A DNA stretch of 64,000 bases from an archaeon GW2011_AR18 (GCA_000806155.1 JWKX01000004.1:1185-65184); one strand, 5' to 3'; counted from the stretch's first letter, positions 28,241 to 38,309 are shown. Notes: generated by a model not told the origin, from the letters alone. Numbers and translations are program-made.

Positions 28241-28780
28241 TTATTTATATCCTTCTGCTGAAACTAATTTATTAATTATCTTATAATTTATTTTACTTTT
28301 ACCTGAAACTTTGTCTAATAATAATTCAAAAGTAACACAACCAATAGGGATTCCTGCTTTCAATAAATAAGTAACATTAGAGTGGTTATAAATTTCTAAA
28401 ACTCCTGAATGATTACCTTCAAAAGTTCCATCAAGAATTTTAGCAGAAACATGAACACTTAAACCTAATCTTGCTATACTGCTTCTACCGTCTAATTCGC
28501 ATAAAATGTTTTTATCTGTTGTGATTCTTTCTTTTGTATGTCCAAGAATAAACTGTCCTGGCTTTAACTCAAAAGACTTTTTGGAAATATTTACTTTAGT
28601 ATATTTTGGAAATTTATTAGATGATAAATCAATAACTTGATTAGGTTCATAAAAAAGAATTTCATCACCTAAATGAACCCTTAAACCAACAGGTCTTAGA
28701 TCTTTTTCATCAAATTTTGGAGAAATCTTAATCCTGCCTAACTTAATATAGTCTTTAATTAAATGATCTGGAATTTTCAT
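28241..28780 (-). CDS. dcd: dCTP deaminase / dUTPase-fold protein.
   Basis: Contains LRVHLGDE...GQFILGHT.E......ELDGRSSIARLGL, the dCTP deaminase pattern. Confidence 0.8.
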   Translation of the reverse strand: MKIPDHLIKDYIKLGRIKISPKFDEKDLRPVGLRVHLGDEILFYEPNQVIDLSSNKFPKYTKVNISKKSFELKPGQFILGHTKERITTDKNILCELDGRSSIARLGLSVHVSAKILDGTFEGNHSGVLEIYNHSNVTYLLKAGIPIGCVTFELLLDKVSGKSKINYKIINKLVSAEGYK

Positions 28781-28818
28781 TAATATTAAGTTCTGATAAG
28801 AAGAATAAAAAGCTTTTG

Positions 28819-29802
28819 CTACTTGAGATCCGGAGGCAATAGGTTCATCTTCTTGATATCATGAATAAATAAAGGAATAAAACTTTTTATATAATCTGAA
28901 AACTCTTTCTTGAAATTATCACAAAATCTCCTATGCTCATCGAAATTCTTAGATTCTGTTGTAATAGAAAAATTATATTCACCAAAATATTTAACAACAA
29001 AAACAACATTGGGACATGAAGATAAATATTGAAATAATCTTTGCTCAACATTATTTTCCATAGAACTAAGCTCAATAAGAATAGTGTGCTGTATCATAAT
29101 CTTTTCATTTGTCAGATACATATATCCACGTATAATACCATTCTTTTCTAAAAATTTAATCCTGTTAATTATAGTCTGAACATTAGAATCTAATTCAAGA
29201 GCAATATCAACAACCTGAATCCTAGGATTTATACATAAAATCCTAAGAATCTTATTATCTATATCTTTAATTTCATGTTTAATAAATTTCCTTTGATGAA
29301 AACCTTTATTTGATGGTATAATCTCTCTTTTCTTATCTATCAAATAATCTCTAGGAAATAATCTTGTGTCTATTATTATAGTTATTTTTTTCTCTTTAAT
29401 AATATCAGAAAACTTTGTGAAAATTAATGATAAAAACCCCTCAATCTCATAAATATTATCTCCAGTAATACCAAAAAATAAATCATAAATACCTTCACAT
29501 AATGTCACCTGTGCAATGACTTTTTCATTTATTAAAAAATCAATAAACTCTTTTTTTCTTTTTTCAGAAGTAGAATGCAAAGAAATGTACACTTGGTTAG
29601 GAATAACACCAAAATTAGCCATATTTATAATTATAACAAATTTTTTAATAATACCATTATCAACTAATTTATCAATCCTTTTCTTAACAGCTTGTTTACT
29701 AATACCAATATTTTTAGATATCTTAGTATAAGGCTGCCTGAAACTTTTATCTAACTCATAAAGAATCTTCAAATCAGTAGAATCAAGGTCTTTAGTTAAC
29801 AT
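28819..29802 (-). CDS. Tandem (duplicated) Lrp/AsnC-family transcriptional regulator.
   Basis: Has two wHTH modules (DLKILYELDKS.RQPYTKISKNIGISKQAVKKRIDKL and DNKILRILCINPRIQVVDIALELDSNVQTIINRIKFL), each followed by a RAM-like region. Confidence 0.75.
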   Translation of the reverse strand: MLTKDLDSTDLKILYELDKSFRQPYTKISKNIGISKQAVKKRIDKLVDNGIIKKFVIIINMANFGVIPNQVYISLHSTSEKRKKEFIDFLINEKVIAQVTLCEGIYDLFFGITGDNIYEIEGFLSLIFTKFSDIIKEKKITIIIDTRLFPRDYLIDKKREIIPSNKGFHQRKFIKHEIKDIDNKILRILCINPRIQVVDIALELDSNVQTIINRIKFLEKNGIIRGYMYLTNEKIMIQHTILIELSSMENNVEQRLFQYLSSCPNVVFVVKYFGEYNFSITTESKNFDEHRRFCDNFKKEFSDYIKSFIPLFIHDIKKMNLLPPDLK

Positions 29803-30000
29803 ATTATTACTTTTAGTCTATAACTTTAAAAAGTTAACTTTTATATTAACATTCTCAGTTAACATATTACAATAAATTATTCTTGAACATTTTAAAGAAT
29901 TATAAATAAATGAAGAAAAGTTTTATCTAGTATTAATATAGCGTGGCTGAATATAAATATATAATTGCTTTTAAATCAAGGAAAGCAGATATGTTATAAG

Positions 30001-30096
30001 CGCCGATGGCAGGATTTGAACCTACAATTCCTTTCGGAAACGGTTATCTATATTATTATTCGAGACCGTTGCCTTACCAGATTAGGCTACATCGGC
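30001..30096 (-). tRNA. tRNA-Ser (anticodon CGA) with a 13-nt intron at the canonical 37/38 position.
   Basis: Hand fold: acceptor GCCGAUG/CAUCGGC; D stem GCCU/AGGC; anticodon stem ACGGU/ACCGU with loop CU-CGA-A[UAAUAAUAUAGAU]A; long variable arm UUCCGAAAGGAAUU; T stem GUAGG/CCUGC with loop UUCAAAU; discriminator G. CCA is not encoded. Confidence 0.8.
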
Positions 30097-30145
30097 AAAA
30101 CAATAATAAAACTCTATTTTGCTTTATAATGCTTTCTTAGAATTA

Positions 30146-30700
30146 CTAATTATTCCATAAACAACCATTCTTTGAATCTTTAGCTTTGTTATAGAATTGA
30201 GAATATCTTAAACATCTGGAACATTGAATCTCATTATCGTTTAAAAATCTTGCATAACCATTATTCAAAAGCAATAATCCAATATCAGTACCATTAACAC
30301 TCACGTATCTTAATAATCTATTATACACATCCCTGTCTGGTGCTGCAATATCAGCTTTTAATGTAACGCTCTTATTAACTAATAATTTTATCAACTCCTT
30401 TTTACCATCATCATAACAGAATATTATTCTCTTTTTAGAGATATCCAAATCAAGAAAATTATCAATCCTGTCATCAGAAACATCAGGATAATCAATACCT
30501 AAAACCCTGATGTGCTTTTCACTTCCGTTAATATCCACAACATAGGTATCACCATCAATTATTTCATTAACAAAAGCAGTCTGAGGAGATAAATCTCTTA
30601 TAAAAGGTGTTGAATCCATATCTGTACAAGAACATAATAATATCAATATAATCATAATCTCTTTCATATTATTTACTAAGAAACTTGAAGTTAAAAACAC
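30146..30700 (-). CDS. Secreted or lipid-anchored thermonuclease (SNase-like).
   Basis: Has a signal with a lipobox-like LLCSC, then IDGDTYVV...IRVLGIDYPD...NRLLRYV. Confidence 0.7.
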   Translation of the reverse strand: MFLTSSFLVNNMKEIMIILILLCSCTDMDSTPFIRDLSPQTAFVNEIIDGDTYVVDINGSEKHIRVLGIDYPDVSDDRIDNFLDLDISKKRIIFCYDDGKKELIKLLVNKSVTLKADIAAPDRDVYNRLLRYVSVNGTDIGLLLLNNGYARFLNDNEIQCSRCLRYSQFYNKAKDSKNGCLWNN

Positions 30701-30785
30701 TTTGTGAAGAATTATTGAAAATCCTACAACATTTTTGAAAATTCAAATAATAACCTATATAAATATAATAATGATAAAATAGTAT

Positions 30786-31502
30786 ATGCAAGATAAAATT
30801 CTAGAGATGTTAATGCAAAAAGATGAGATAACATGGCAGACAATCTTATTAGATCTAATAAAAACAGGAGAGATGGATCCATGGGATGTAGATATATCAA
30901 TATTATCAAAACAATATCTAGAGACAATAAAAAAATTACAGGAATCAAACTTATTCTTATCAGGAAAAGTATTATTGGCATCTGCAATATTATTAAAGAT
31001 AAAATCTGAAAAACTATTATCAGAAGGAATTGCTAATCTAGATAATATGATGTTCCCGCATGAAGAAATAGAAGAATTAGATGATTTTCAGAGCAGAAGA
31101 ATAATATTAGATGTAGAACCAAAACTGACAATAAAGACACCACAATCAAGAAAGAAAAAAGTTAGTGTAAATGACCTTATAGAAGCATTAGAGAAAGCAT
31201 TGAATGTAAATGAGAGAAGATTACTAAGACTGGCTGAAAGAAACAGAGTACCAGAGATGATAATACCTGAAAAACCAATAGATATCACATCATTGATAAA
31301 TGACTTATTAAAACAGATATCATTAAAGATAGATGGGAAACCAATAATAACTTTTACAGAATTAGTAGGGAGCGAGGAGAGAAGGATGAAATTAGCTGCA
31401 TTCTCACCACTATTGCATCTAGCTAATCAGGAAAAGATAGAATTACATCAGGAAAAATCTTTTGGAGAGATAAATATAAAATTGTATGAGAAAAAAGATT
31501 AG
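30786..31502 (+). CDS. scpA: Segregation and condensation protein A (kleisin).
   Basis: The N-terminal LLDLIKTGEMDPWDVDISILSKQYLE... and the winged-helix-like C-terminus match the ScpA pattern. Confidence 0.7.
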   Translation: MQDKILEMLMQKDEITWQTILLDLIKTGEMDPWDVDISILSKQYLETIKKLQESNLFLSGKVLLASAILLKIKSEKLLSEGIANLDNMMFPHEEIEELDDFQSRRIILDVEPKLTIKTPQSRKKKVSVNDLIEALEKALNVNERRLLRLAERNRVPEMIIPEKPIDITSLINDLLKQISLKIDGKPIITFTELVGSEERRMKLAAFSPLLHLANQEKIELHQEKSFGEINIKLYEKKD

Positions 31503-31939
31503 AACAAAGATTCATCTTCAAGCTTGAACCTTTTCATGTTGCCTTTAAGAATATTAAATCTATTTCTAAGACTATTAAGATTAGATGATATTTCAGGAAT
31601 TGACTGATTCAACTGTGGTGATATCTGAGAGAAAGGAAGTTTATTCTTGTAAGAAGAATTAAGATTGTTCAAGTGTTTATTCAATTCATTAGAATGCTTT
31701 ATAATAAAATCAAACTGAACAGTAGGTCCTACAGCTTGCTCATATTCTGATTTGAAATCTTTAATAGAATCCATAAAAGGTTTTACACTATTATTAATTG
31801 TTTTTTCTATACTATCAGACATCCAGACATGACTAGATAATACTCTTTCAGACTGCTTACTCTGCAATTTATATTTAATGTCATTAACAAAAGATTCAAT
31901 TTTATCCAAATGAAATTCCATATCATCAATCTTTGTCAT
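31499..31939 (-). CDS. Hypothetical coiled-coil-like protein.
   Basis: ORF only. Confidence 0.3.
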   Translation of the reverse strand: MTKIDDMEFHLDKIESFVNDIKYKLQSKQSERVLSSHVWMSDSIEKTINNSVKPFMDSIKDFKSEYEQAVGPTVQFDFIIKHSNELNKHLNNLNSSYKNKLPFSQISPQLNQSIPEISSNLNSLRNRFNILKGNMKRFKLEDESLF

Positions 31940-32069
31940 ACAAAACTACTTATTTTTCAGTTTAAATATTTTTCTTCTAAAAGATTGTCATTTTTAATAT
32001 ATATGTTGTAAATATCATTTTAGAAAATTATATAAATGTGTGTTCCTAAAATTATTTTGGTGGTAAAAA

Positions 32070-33380
32070 ATGGATAAAAACAGGAAGATAATAATTTCTT
32101 TAGCAATTTTAGGTTTATTTTTAGTGATGGTAGGGAGTGTATTAGCTTATACTTATACAAATACATTATTGGTTGATACAGTGCCGACAGGAGCTAAAAT
32201 TTATGCAGGAGGGATATACAAAGGGGATTCTCCTCTAAGAATTACAAATTTATATGATACAGAGACAAATAATTATCACCTAATAACTGCAACTAAAACA
32301 GGTTATAAAGATGCAGCAGAATATGTCAGCACACCAGCAGGATCAAATAATGTCGTGAATATAACATTAGAATCAGCATATACATTCACAAACACATTAC
32401 AAGTGAATACAATACCTGAAGGGGCTAATGTAACAGTAGTAGGAATAATAAAAGGGTTAAACAGGATGGCATATACACTAGAAGAATTATACCAAGCATT
32501 CCCTGAAAAATCAAATGTATTATTAACAAACCTAGCAGATACAAATGAAAACTCCCAATATGATTATGAGAGAAAATATTTCCTCCAAATAAAAAAAGAG
32601 GGCTATGCACCATATAATCAGTTTATAGAAACACCAGCAGGGTCAAATAATGTAATAAATATAGTATTAAATCCAGAACCACAAGTAAGATTCATAGTAA
32701 CATCAGAACCAGCAGGAGCAATAGTACGAACAGAGAGCGCTGGAAATGCAGGATATACACCAATAGACGTGAACAAGACAGTACAGGATTATACAAACTA
32801 TTATACATACAGATTAATTCTTGAGAAACCAGGATACTTTACAAGTACAACATACCATAACCTAAGAGCAGGAGATACAAAAACAGTTCATGTAAAGCTA
32901 AAAGAGATAAGCAGCACAGGAGGGTTCTGGTTAATTACGAACCCTACAGAAGCCTCATGGAAATTAACAAAAACTGGACATCCAGGATATCAAGGGATAA
33001 CAAGTTCTACTGCTGGAGCTGGAGGAAATTCAAAAGTTGATCTAGGAATATACACATTAACAGTAACGAAAAAAGGATATGCAACACATACAAGCATAGT
33101 AAACATAAATCAACCAAACACAGCACAGGGTACATCATGGCATAGCTTTAATGTAAACCTAGCACAAACAGGAACATTAAATTTAGGAAGCTCACCATCA
33201 GAGGCAGGTATCTATATAGATGGCATTAATAGAGGAGTGACTCCTGCAACATTCAATGATTTGGCTCCTGGAAAACATGAGCTAAGCCTAAAAAAATTCG
33301 GATATCTGGAATATAAACAAGATTTTGATATTTTGGCAGGACAGATAACAAAAATAACTCCAACACTAATACCAAAATAA
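32070..33380 (+). CDS. Surface protein with multiple PEGA-like domains.
   Basis: Has an N-terminal TM/signal and a repeated module: V.T.P.GA.I...G...G.SPL....L......Y.....K.GY. Confidence 0.6.
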   Translation: MDKNRKIIISLAILGLFLVMVGSVLAYTYTNTLLVDTVPTGAKIYAGGIYKGDSPLRITNLYDTETNNYHLITATKTGYKDAAEYVSTPAGSNNVVNITLESAYTFTNTLQVNTIPEGANVTVVGIIKGLNRMAYTLEELYQAFPEKSNVLLTNLADTNENSQYDYERKYFLQIKKEGYAPYNQFIETPAGSNNVINIVLNPEPQVRFIVTSEPAGAIVRTESAGNAGYTPIDVNKTVQDYTNYYTYRLILEKPGYFTSTTYHNLRAGDTKTVHVKLKEISSTGGFWLITNPTEASWKLTKTGHPGYQGITSSTAGAGGNSKVDLGIYTLTVTKKGYATHTSIVNINQPNTAQGTSWHSFNVNLAQTGTLNLGSSPSEAGIYIDGINRGVTPATFNDLAPGKHELSLKKFGYLEYKQDFDILAGQITKITPTLIPK

Positions 33381-33430
33381 ATTTTTTCTTTTTTAAATAA
33401 TTTTATTAATACCCATCATTCTTTAAATCC

Positions 33431-33718
33431 ATGAAACAGGTAACTGACAAAAAACTGGAGAAATATTTTGATGTAACAGGAAGAGCATTAAAGAAAGTAA
33501 AGATAAATACTAATGTTAAAATAAATATCAAAGAGGCAGCTGAGGATTTCTTAGATATGGCAAAAAGATATTATTCAGATGCAAAACATTTCAGAGATAA
33601 AGGGGATTATGTGACTGCATTTGCTGCTTTAAACTATGCACATGGATGGCTAGATGCAGGTGCAAGAATAGGATTATTTGATGTAGACCATGATAGTGAA
33701 TTATTTACTGTTGATTAA
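33431..33718 (+). CDS. DUF357 family protein.
   Basis: Contains YYSDAKHFRDKGDYVTAFAALNYAHGWLDAGARIG. Confidence 0.55.
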   Translation: MKQVTDKKLEKYFDVTGRALKKVKINTNVKINIKEAAEDFLDMAKRYYSDAKHFRDKGDYVTAFAALNYAHGWLDAGARIGLFDVDHDSELFTVD

Positions 33719-33742
33719 AGAAAAGATTTAAATTCTAGAATA

Positions 33743-34337
33743 ATGAAATTAATATTATGAAAGATTAAATAAAAAATATAAAATAATAATCGTGACAGGA
33801 GGTGGGAAAACAGCAAGAGAATATATGAAAGAGGTAAAAGGTGATAAAGTAAAAAGTTTAATTGGGATAATGACAACAAAACTAAATGCAAGATTAATCT
33901 CCGGATTATTTAATATAACAATAGATATACCAGATACATTAGAAGAGGTAAAAAAACAGATAGAAGAGAATAATCTTGTTGTAACAGGAGCATTAGGAGT
34001 ACAACCACACATGACAAGTGATGGAAATGCTGCAGAAATAGCTGAATATCTGAAAGCTAAGATATTTATTAATCTGACAAATGTAAACGGATTATATGAT
34101 AAAGATCCCAGAAAGTATAAAAATTCAAAACTAATAAGTTATGTAGATTATAAATCTTTTAATGATATAATAAAAAAAATAAAATATGAAGCAGGACAAC
34201 ATTTCATACTAGATCAAGCAGCAGCGGAAATAATAACAAGATCAAAAACAGAGACAGCAATATTAAATGGAAAAGATTTTAATAATCTAAACAGATTTTT
34301 TGATAAAAAGGAATTTATTGGAACTATAATCTCATGA
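33743..34337 (+). pseudogene. pyrH: UMP kinase (archaeal type), disrupted near the N-terminus.
   Basis: ATG 33743 reads MKLIL then a stop. A different frame continues ...YYERLNKKYKIIIVTGGGKTAREY...GVQPHMTSDGNAAEIAEYL...LTNVNGLYDKDP. The intervening GGS(V/L) glycine-loop segment is missing. Confidence 0.75.
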
Positions 34338-34816
34338 AAACAATCATCATAACTGGAACACCATGTACAGGAAAAACAATAATAGCAAAAAAACTAGCAA
34401 AGAAAATAAGTTATACATATATTGATGTTAATGAAATAATAAAGAAAAATAAACTGAATAATAAATATCTAAAAAAATATGATACCTATGAAATAGATGA
34501 TAAAAAACTAAATAAAAAATTAATAGAAATAATAAATAATTCAAAAACTAATATTATAATTGATAGTCATTTAAGTCATTACTTACCAAAAAAATATGTT
34601 GATCTATGCATAGTTATTAAATGCGATATAAAAGAATTAAAGAAAAGATTAGAGAAAAGAAAATATTCAAAAATAAAAATAAGAGAAAATTTAGATAGTG
34701 AAATATTTGATATCTGTTTAGTGGAAGCTAAAGAAAATAAACATAAAATAATAATTGTTGATACTACAAAGAAAAAAGTTGATAAATCTGTTAATGAAAT
34801 AACTAAAAAAATATAG
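34334..34816 (+). CDS. Fap7 / AK6-like adenylate kinase (NTPase).
   Basis: Has the P-loop ITGTPCTGKT and a size and layout typical of archaeal Fap7. Confidence 0.65.
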   Translation: MKTIIITGTPCTGKTIIAKKLAKKISYTYIDVNEIIKKNKLNNKYLKKYDTYEIDDKKLNKKLIEIINNSKTNIIIDSHLSHYLPKKYVDLCIVIKCDIKELKKRLEKRKYSKIKIRENLDSEIFDICLVEAKENKHKIIIVDTTKKKVDKSVNEITKKI

Positions 34817-35524
34817 TTACTTGCCAAATCTTCTGTTTCTTCTTGAGAATTCTTCAATACATTTAATCAAATCATCTTTTTCGAATTCAGGCCATAATTT
34901 GTCAGGTAAAAATATTATTTCTGAATAAGCTGATTGATACATTAAAAAACCTGATAATCTTGATTCTGAAGTTCTAATAATTAAATCTGGATAAGATTGA
35001 AGATAAAGATTTTTCTTAAAATTTTCTTCATTAATATCATTAATATCTAATTTTCCATCTTTAACTTGCTGAATAATTTTTTTAGTTGCATCAACTATTT
35101 CAGATCTTCCACCATAACCCATAGCAAAATTAATCGTGTAAGGTCCATTATTTATTGTTATATCCATGAGTTCATTCATAATCTTCTGAACAGTTCTAGA
35201 AAACATAGAAATTCTACCTATAAATCTTATTCTTAGCTCTTTTAATTTTTTCTTATCATCTCTAAGTTCTTTGAATGCTTTTTCGAAAAGTTTCATTAAA
35301 AAACTGACTTCTTTCTTAGGTCTTGCAAAATTTTCAGTAGAAAAAGTGTATACAGTTAATTCTTTAACACCTAATTCCTTGCACCAATCCATTGTTTTTT
35401 TAACTTTTTCATAACCTACTTCATGACCCTCTAAAGGATTAATACCCATCTTTTCTGCATATCTTCTATTACCATCAAGAATAATACCAATATGTTTAGG
35501 AATGATTTTTTCTGTAAGTTTCAT
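34817..35524 (-). CDS. uppS: Undecaprenyl (tritrans,polycis) diphosphate synthase, a cis-prenyltransferase.
   Basis: Contains HIGIILDGNRRYA, TVYTFSTENF.RP and IRTSESRLSGFL. Confidence 0.9.
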   Translation of the reverse strand: MKLTEKIIPKHIGIILDGNRRYAEKMGINPLEGHEVGYEKVKKTMDWCKELGVKELTVYTFSTENFARPKKEVSFLMKLFEKAFKELRDDKKKLKELRIRFIGRISMFSRTVQKIMNELMDITINNGPYTINFAMGYGGRSEIVDATKKIIQQVKDGKLDINDINEENFKKNLYLQSYPDLIIRTSESRLSGFLMYQSAYSEIIFLPDKLWPEFEKDDLIKCIEEFSRRNRRFGK

Positions 35525-35575
35525 ATTATAATATGACCAAAGAATATTTATAAGTCTTGCTACTATAAGAAAGAT

Positions 35576-36064
35576 ATGGCAACAGACCTTTTATTTATGG
35601 AAAGAAATAATGAAATAGAAAAATTTGCAAAAACATTAGGATATACCAGAATATTATTCAGAGAAGATTTAGAAAAACTAAATATTAGAGAGGCAAAAGA
35701 TTATACAGATGCAAGAAGGTTAGTAGAACATAAAAGTGTGAAAATCTTATTAAATCCACATTCTTTTGGGAAAAGAGATAATTACACAGCAGACAGACCA
35801 GGACTAGACCATATATTAGCAAGTATGGCATCAAAAAATAATATAGCAATAGCATTTGGATTAAACAAAATAAACAATCTAGTAGAAATGAACTGGGTGA
35901 TGCAAAGCATACAATTATGCAGAAAATATAAAGCAAGAATGTTATTCTTTACAATGGCATCAAATCAATATGAACTTGTATCAAGAATAGATTTCATAAG
36001 TTTACTAAAAGTGTTAGGAATGACAGGTGGGGAGGCTAATAAAGCTTTAGAACTTAATAGTTAA
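35576..36064 (+). CDS. rnp3: RNase P protein component 3 (Rpp30-like), short form.
   Basis: The call rests on its position at the head of the conserved Rnp3-Rnp2-PsmA-SBDS-Rrp4 superoperon and on a TIM-barrel-like alternating pattern (ILLNPH..., AIAFGLN, MLFFTMAS). Confidence 0.55.
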   Translation: MATDLLFMERNNEIEKFAKTLGYTRILFREDLEKLNIREAKDYTDARRLVEHKSVKILLNPHSFGKRDNYTADRPGLDHILASMASKNNIAIAFGLNKINNLVEMNWVMQSIQLCRKYKARMLFFTMASNQYELVSRIDFISLLKVLGMTGGEANKALELNS

Positions 36065-36155
36065 TTATTTAAACAACTTATCCTACGAATTAATTAAAGA
36101 TGGTGAAATTATTCTATATATTCTTTGATTCAAAAAATAAATGGAGAGTGAATGA

Positions 36156-36488
36156 ATGAAAAAAGAAAACAATAATAAAAAATATTTGATAATGGGAGGA
36201 TTGTTACTTTTAGCAGTTTTAGCAGTTTTATTTTCTACACAGCTTACAGGAAAAGTATCAAAAAATACGCCTCCACCTGCCAGCATACAAATAAACTCTG
36301 AACCAACAAATTCAGATGTATGGATAGATGGAACTGAAAAAGGTAATACACCAAAATTATTATCTCTAGACTCAGGAGAGCACTATCTTGTTGTCTCTAG
36401 AGTTGGTTATGAGGATTATGTTGATACTATAACATTAACAACCGGAAGGAATGAACCTTTAAATATTGTATTAGTACCTTCAGAATAA
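36156..36488 (+). CDS. Small membrane-anchored PEGA-domain protein.
   Basis: Has a TM anchor, then INSEPTNSDVWIDGTEKGNTPKLLSLDSGEHYLVVSRVGYEDY. Confidence 0.6.
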   Translation: MKKENNNKKYLIMGGLLLLAVLAVLFSTQLTGKVSKNTPPPASIQINSEPTNSDVWIDGTEKGNTPKLLSLDSGEHYLVVSRVGYEDYVDTITLTTGRNEPLNIVLVPSE

Positions 36489-36527
36489 AATCTAAAGCTT
36501 TAAATTCTTTTAATTTATTTTTTTATT

Positions 36528-36875
36528 ATGAAACAAAAGCTATTAAAACCAAGCTTGAGAGAGAAGAAAAGATACTTAGTATACCAAGTGATAAGTGAGA
36601 AAAATATAAATCCTAATAATATCAAAGAGAGTATATTGAAAACATTTAAAGAGTACTTCGGCAATATAATATTATCAAAAGCAGACATAAGATTTATAGA
36701 TTATAAAGAAAATAAAGGAATAATAAGGATAAACAACAAATATCTTGATAATCTAAGAGCAAGTTTCTGTTTATTGGGAAAGGTTAATAAAGAGGAAATA
36801 ATCGTAAGGAGTCTAGGTGTATCAGGAATGATAAATAAAGCACGATCTAAATTTATGAACGGAGGTGTTTCATAA
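36528..36875 (+). CDS. rnp2: RNase P protein component 2 (Pop5-like).
   Basis: Contains LREKKRYLVYQV...GIIRINNKY...VRSLGVSG. Confidence 0.75.
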   Translation: MKQKLLKPSLREKKRYLVYQVISEKNINPNNIKESILKTFKEYFGNIILSKADIRFIDYKENKGIIRINNKYLDNLRASFCLLGKVNKEEIIVRSLGVSGMINKARSKFMNGGVS

Positions 36876-36876
36876 T

Positions 36877-37602
36877 ATGCAACCAACAATAACTCACCAG
36901 ATGATGGGATATGATAGAAGCAGTACAATGTTCAGTCCGGACGGAAGACTACTGCAAGTAGAATATGCAAAAAAAGCAGTAAGACAGGGAACAACATCAC
37001 TAGGAATAGTGTGTAAAGATGGAGTATTATTATTAGCAGATAAAAGAATCATAGGGAAATTAATAATTCCAGATAGTGTTGAAAAAGTATTCCAAGTAGA
37101 TGATCATATTGGTGCTGCTGCTACAGGATATTTAATGGATGGAAGAGTATTGATAGAGAGAGCACAATTAATAGCACAACAATATAGAGTAAATTATGAC
37201 AGTCCTATGGATACATTACTATTAGTAAAAGAAATTGCTAATATGAAGCAAGCATATACGCAATTCGGAGGGGCAAGACCTTTTGGAGTTAGTGTATTAT
37301 TTGCTGGAGTAGATGATGATGGACCACAACTATTTTTAACAGATGTAACAGGAATATACTTCCAATATAAAGCAACAGCAGTAGGAGAGGCTGAGGTACA
37401 ATTAAATGAGATACTTGAGAAAGAGTATGCAGATGATATAACACTTGAGAATGCAATGAAACTTGGTGTAAGTGCTTTCAAAAAAATATTTGGAAAAGAA
37501 TTTGACATAGAAAGAATAGATGGGGCTTACATAAAAACTTCTGATAGATCATTCAAGAGAGTTGACAAAGACTACCTAAGAAAATTAGCTAAGAAGGTAT
37601 AA
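36877..37602 (+). CDS. psmA: Proteasome subunit alpha.
   Basis: Contains YDRSSTMFSPDGRLLQVEYA. I prefer the ATG at 36877, behind GGAGGTG, over the ORF-track GTG at 36865. Confidence 0.9.
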   Translation: MQPTITHQMMGYDRSSTMFSPDGRLLQVEYAKKAVRQGTTSLGIVCKDGVLLLADKRIIGKLIIPDSVEKVFQVDDHIGAAATGYLMDGRVLIERAQLIAQQYRVNYDSPMDTLLLVKEIANMKQAYTQFGGARPFGVSVLFAGVDDDGPQLFLTDVTGIYFQYKATAVGEAEVQLNEILEKEYADDITLENAMKLGVSAFKKIFGKEFDIERIDGAYIKTSDRSFKRVDKDYLRKLAKKV

Positions 37603-37604
37603 AC

Positions 37605-38306
37605 ATGGCAAAAGAATCAGAGAGATCTGTAATTGCCAAACTAAAGAGAGAGGGGAAAAACTTTGAGATACTTGTATATCCAGAGAAAGCAATAGAATTC
37701 AAGAGTGGAAAACCTATCTCTATAAATGATGTAGTTGTTGTAGAAGAAATATTCACTGATTCTAAAAAAGGATTAAGAGCTTCTGAGGGTGATTTAGAGA
37801 GAGCATTCGGGACATTAGAAAAATCAGAGATCTGCAAAACCATAGTAAAAAGCGGTGATATACAACAGACAGCTGATATGCTAAGAAAAGAATTAGATGA
37901 GAGAAGAAAACAGGTAGCACATTTAATACATAGAAGCTGCATAGATCCAACAACAGGAAAGCCACATCCACAACAAAGAATAGAGAATGCAATAAATGAG
38001 GCAAAAGTAAGAATAACAGATGAAGATGCAGAAAAACAGGTAAAAGAAGTCATAGATGCAATAAAGAGAATAATACCAATAAAATTCGAGACAAGAGTAT
38101 TATCAATAACAATACATGGACCAACAGCTTCAAAATGCTTCCAGACATTAAAACAGTATGGAACAGTAACAAAGGAAAGATGGCTTAATGATGGAAGTTT
38201 AAATGTGACTTTAGAGATACCAGCAGGATTACAGGAGGAGTTAGAGATAGATTTAAATAGGTTAACGAAAGGCCATATAGAGACAGAGATAGTGGAGAAA
38301 AGATAG
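37605..38306 (+). CDS. SBDS/Sdo1 family ribosome maturation protein.
   Basis: Contains AKLKREGKNFEILV...FTDSKKG..AS...L..AFGT, plus synteny. Confidence 0.85.
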   Translation: MAKESERSVIAKLKREGKNFEILVYPEKAIEFKSGKPISINDVVVVEEIFTDSKKGLRASEGDLERAFGTLEKSEICKTIVKSGDIQQTADMLRKELDERRKQVAHLIHRSCIDPTTGKPHPQQRIENAINEAKVRITDEDAEKQVKEVIDAIKRIIPIKFETRVLSITIHGPTASKCFQTLKQYGTVTKERWLNDGSLNVTLEIPAGLQEELEIDLNRLTKGHIETEIVEKR

Positions 38307-38309
38307 AAA

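Noticed and set aside
33792-33794. GTG 33792 as the genuine pyrH start, as used by the ORF track.
   Set aside because: It would start the protein inside the conserved VTGGG block and omit the phosphate-binding glycine loop. An out-of-frame MKLIL start lies 49 nt upstream.
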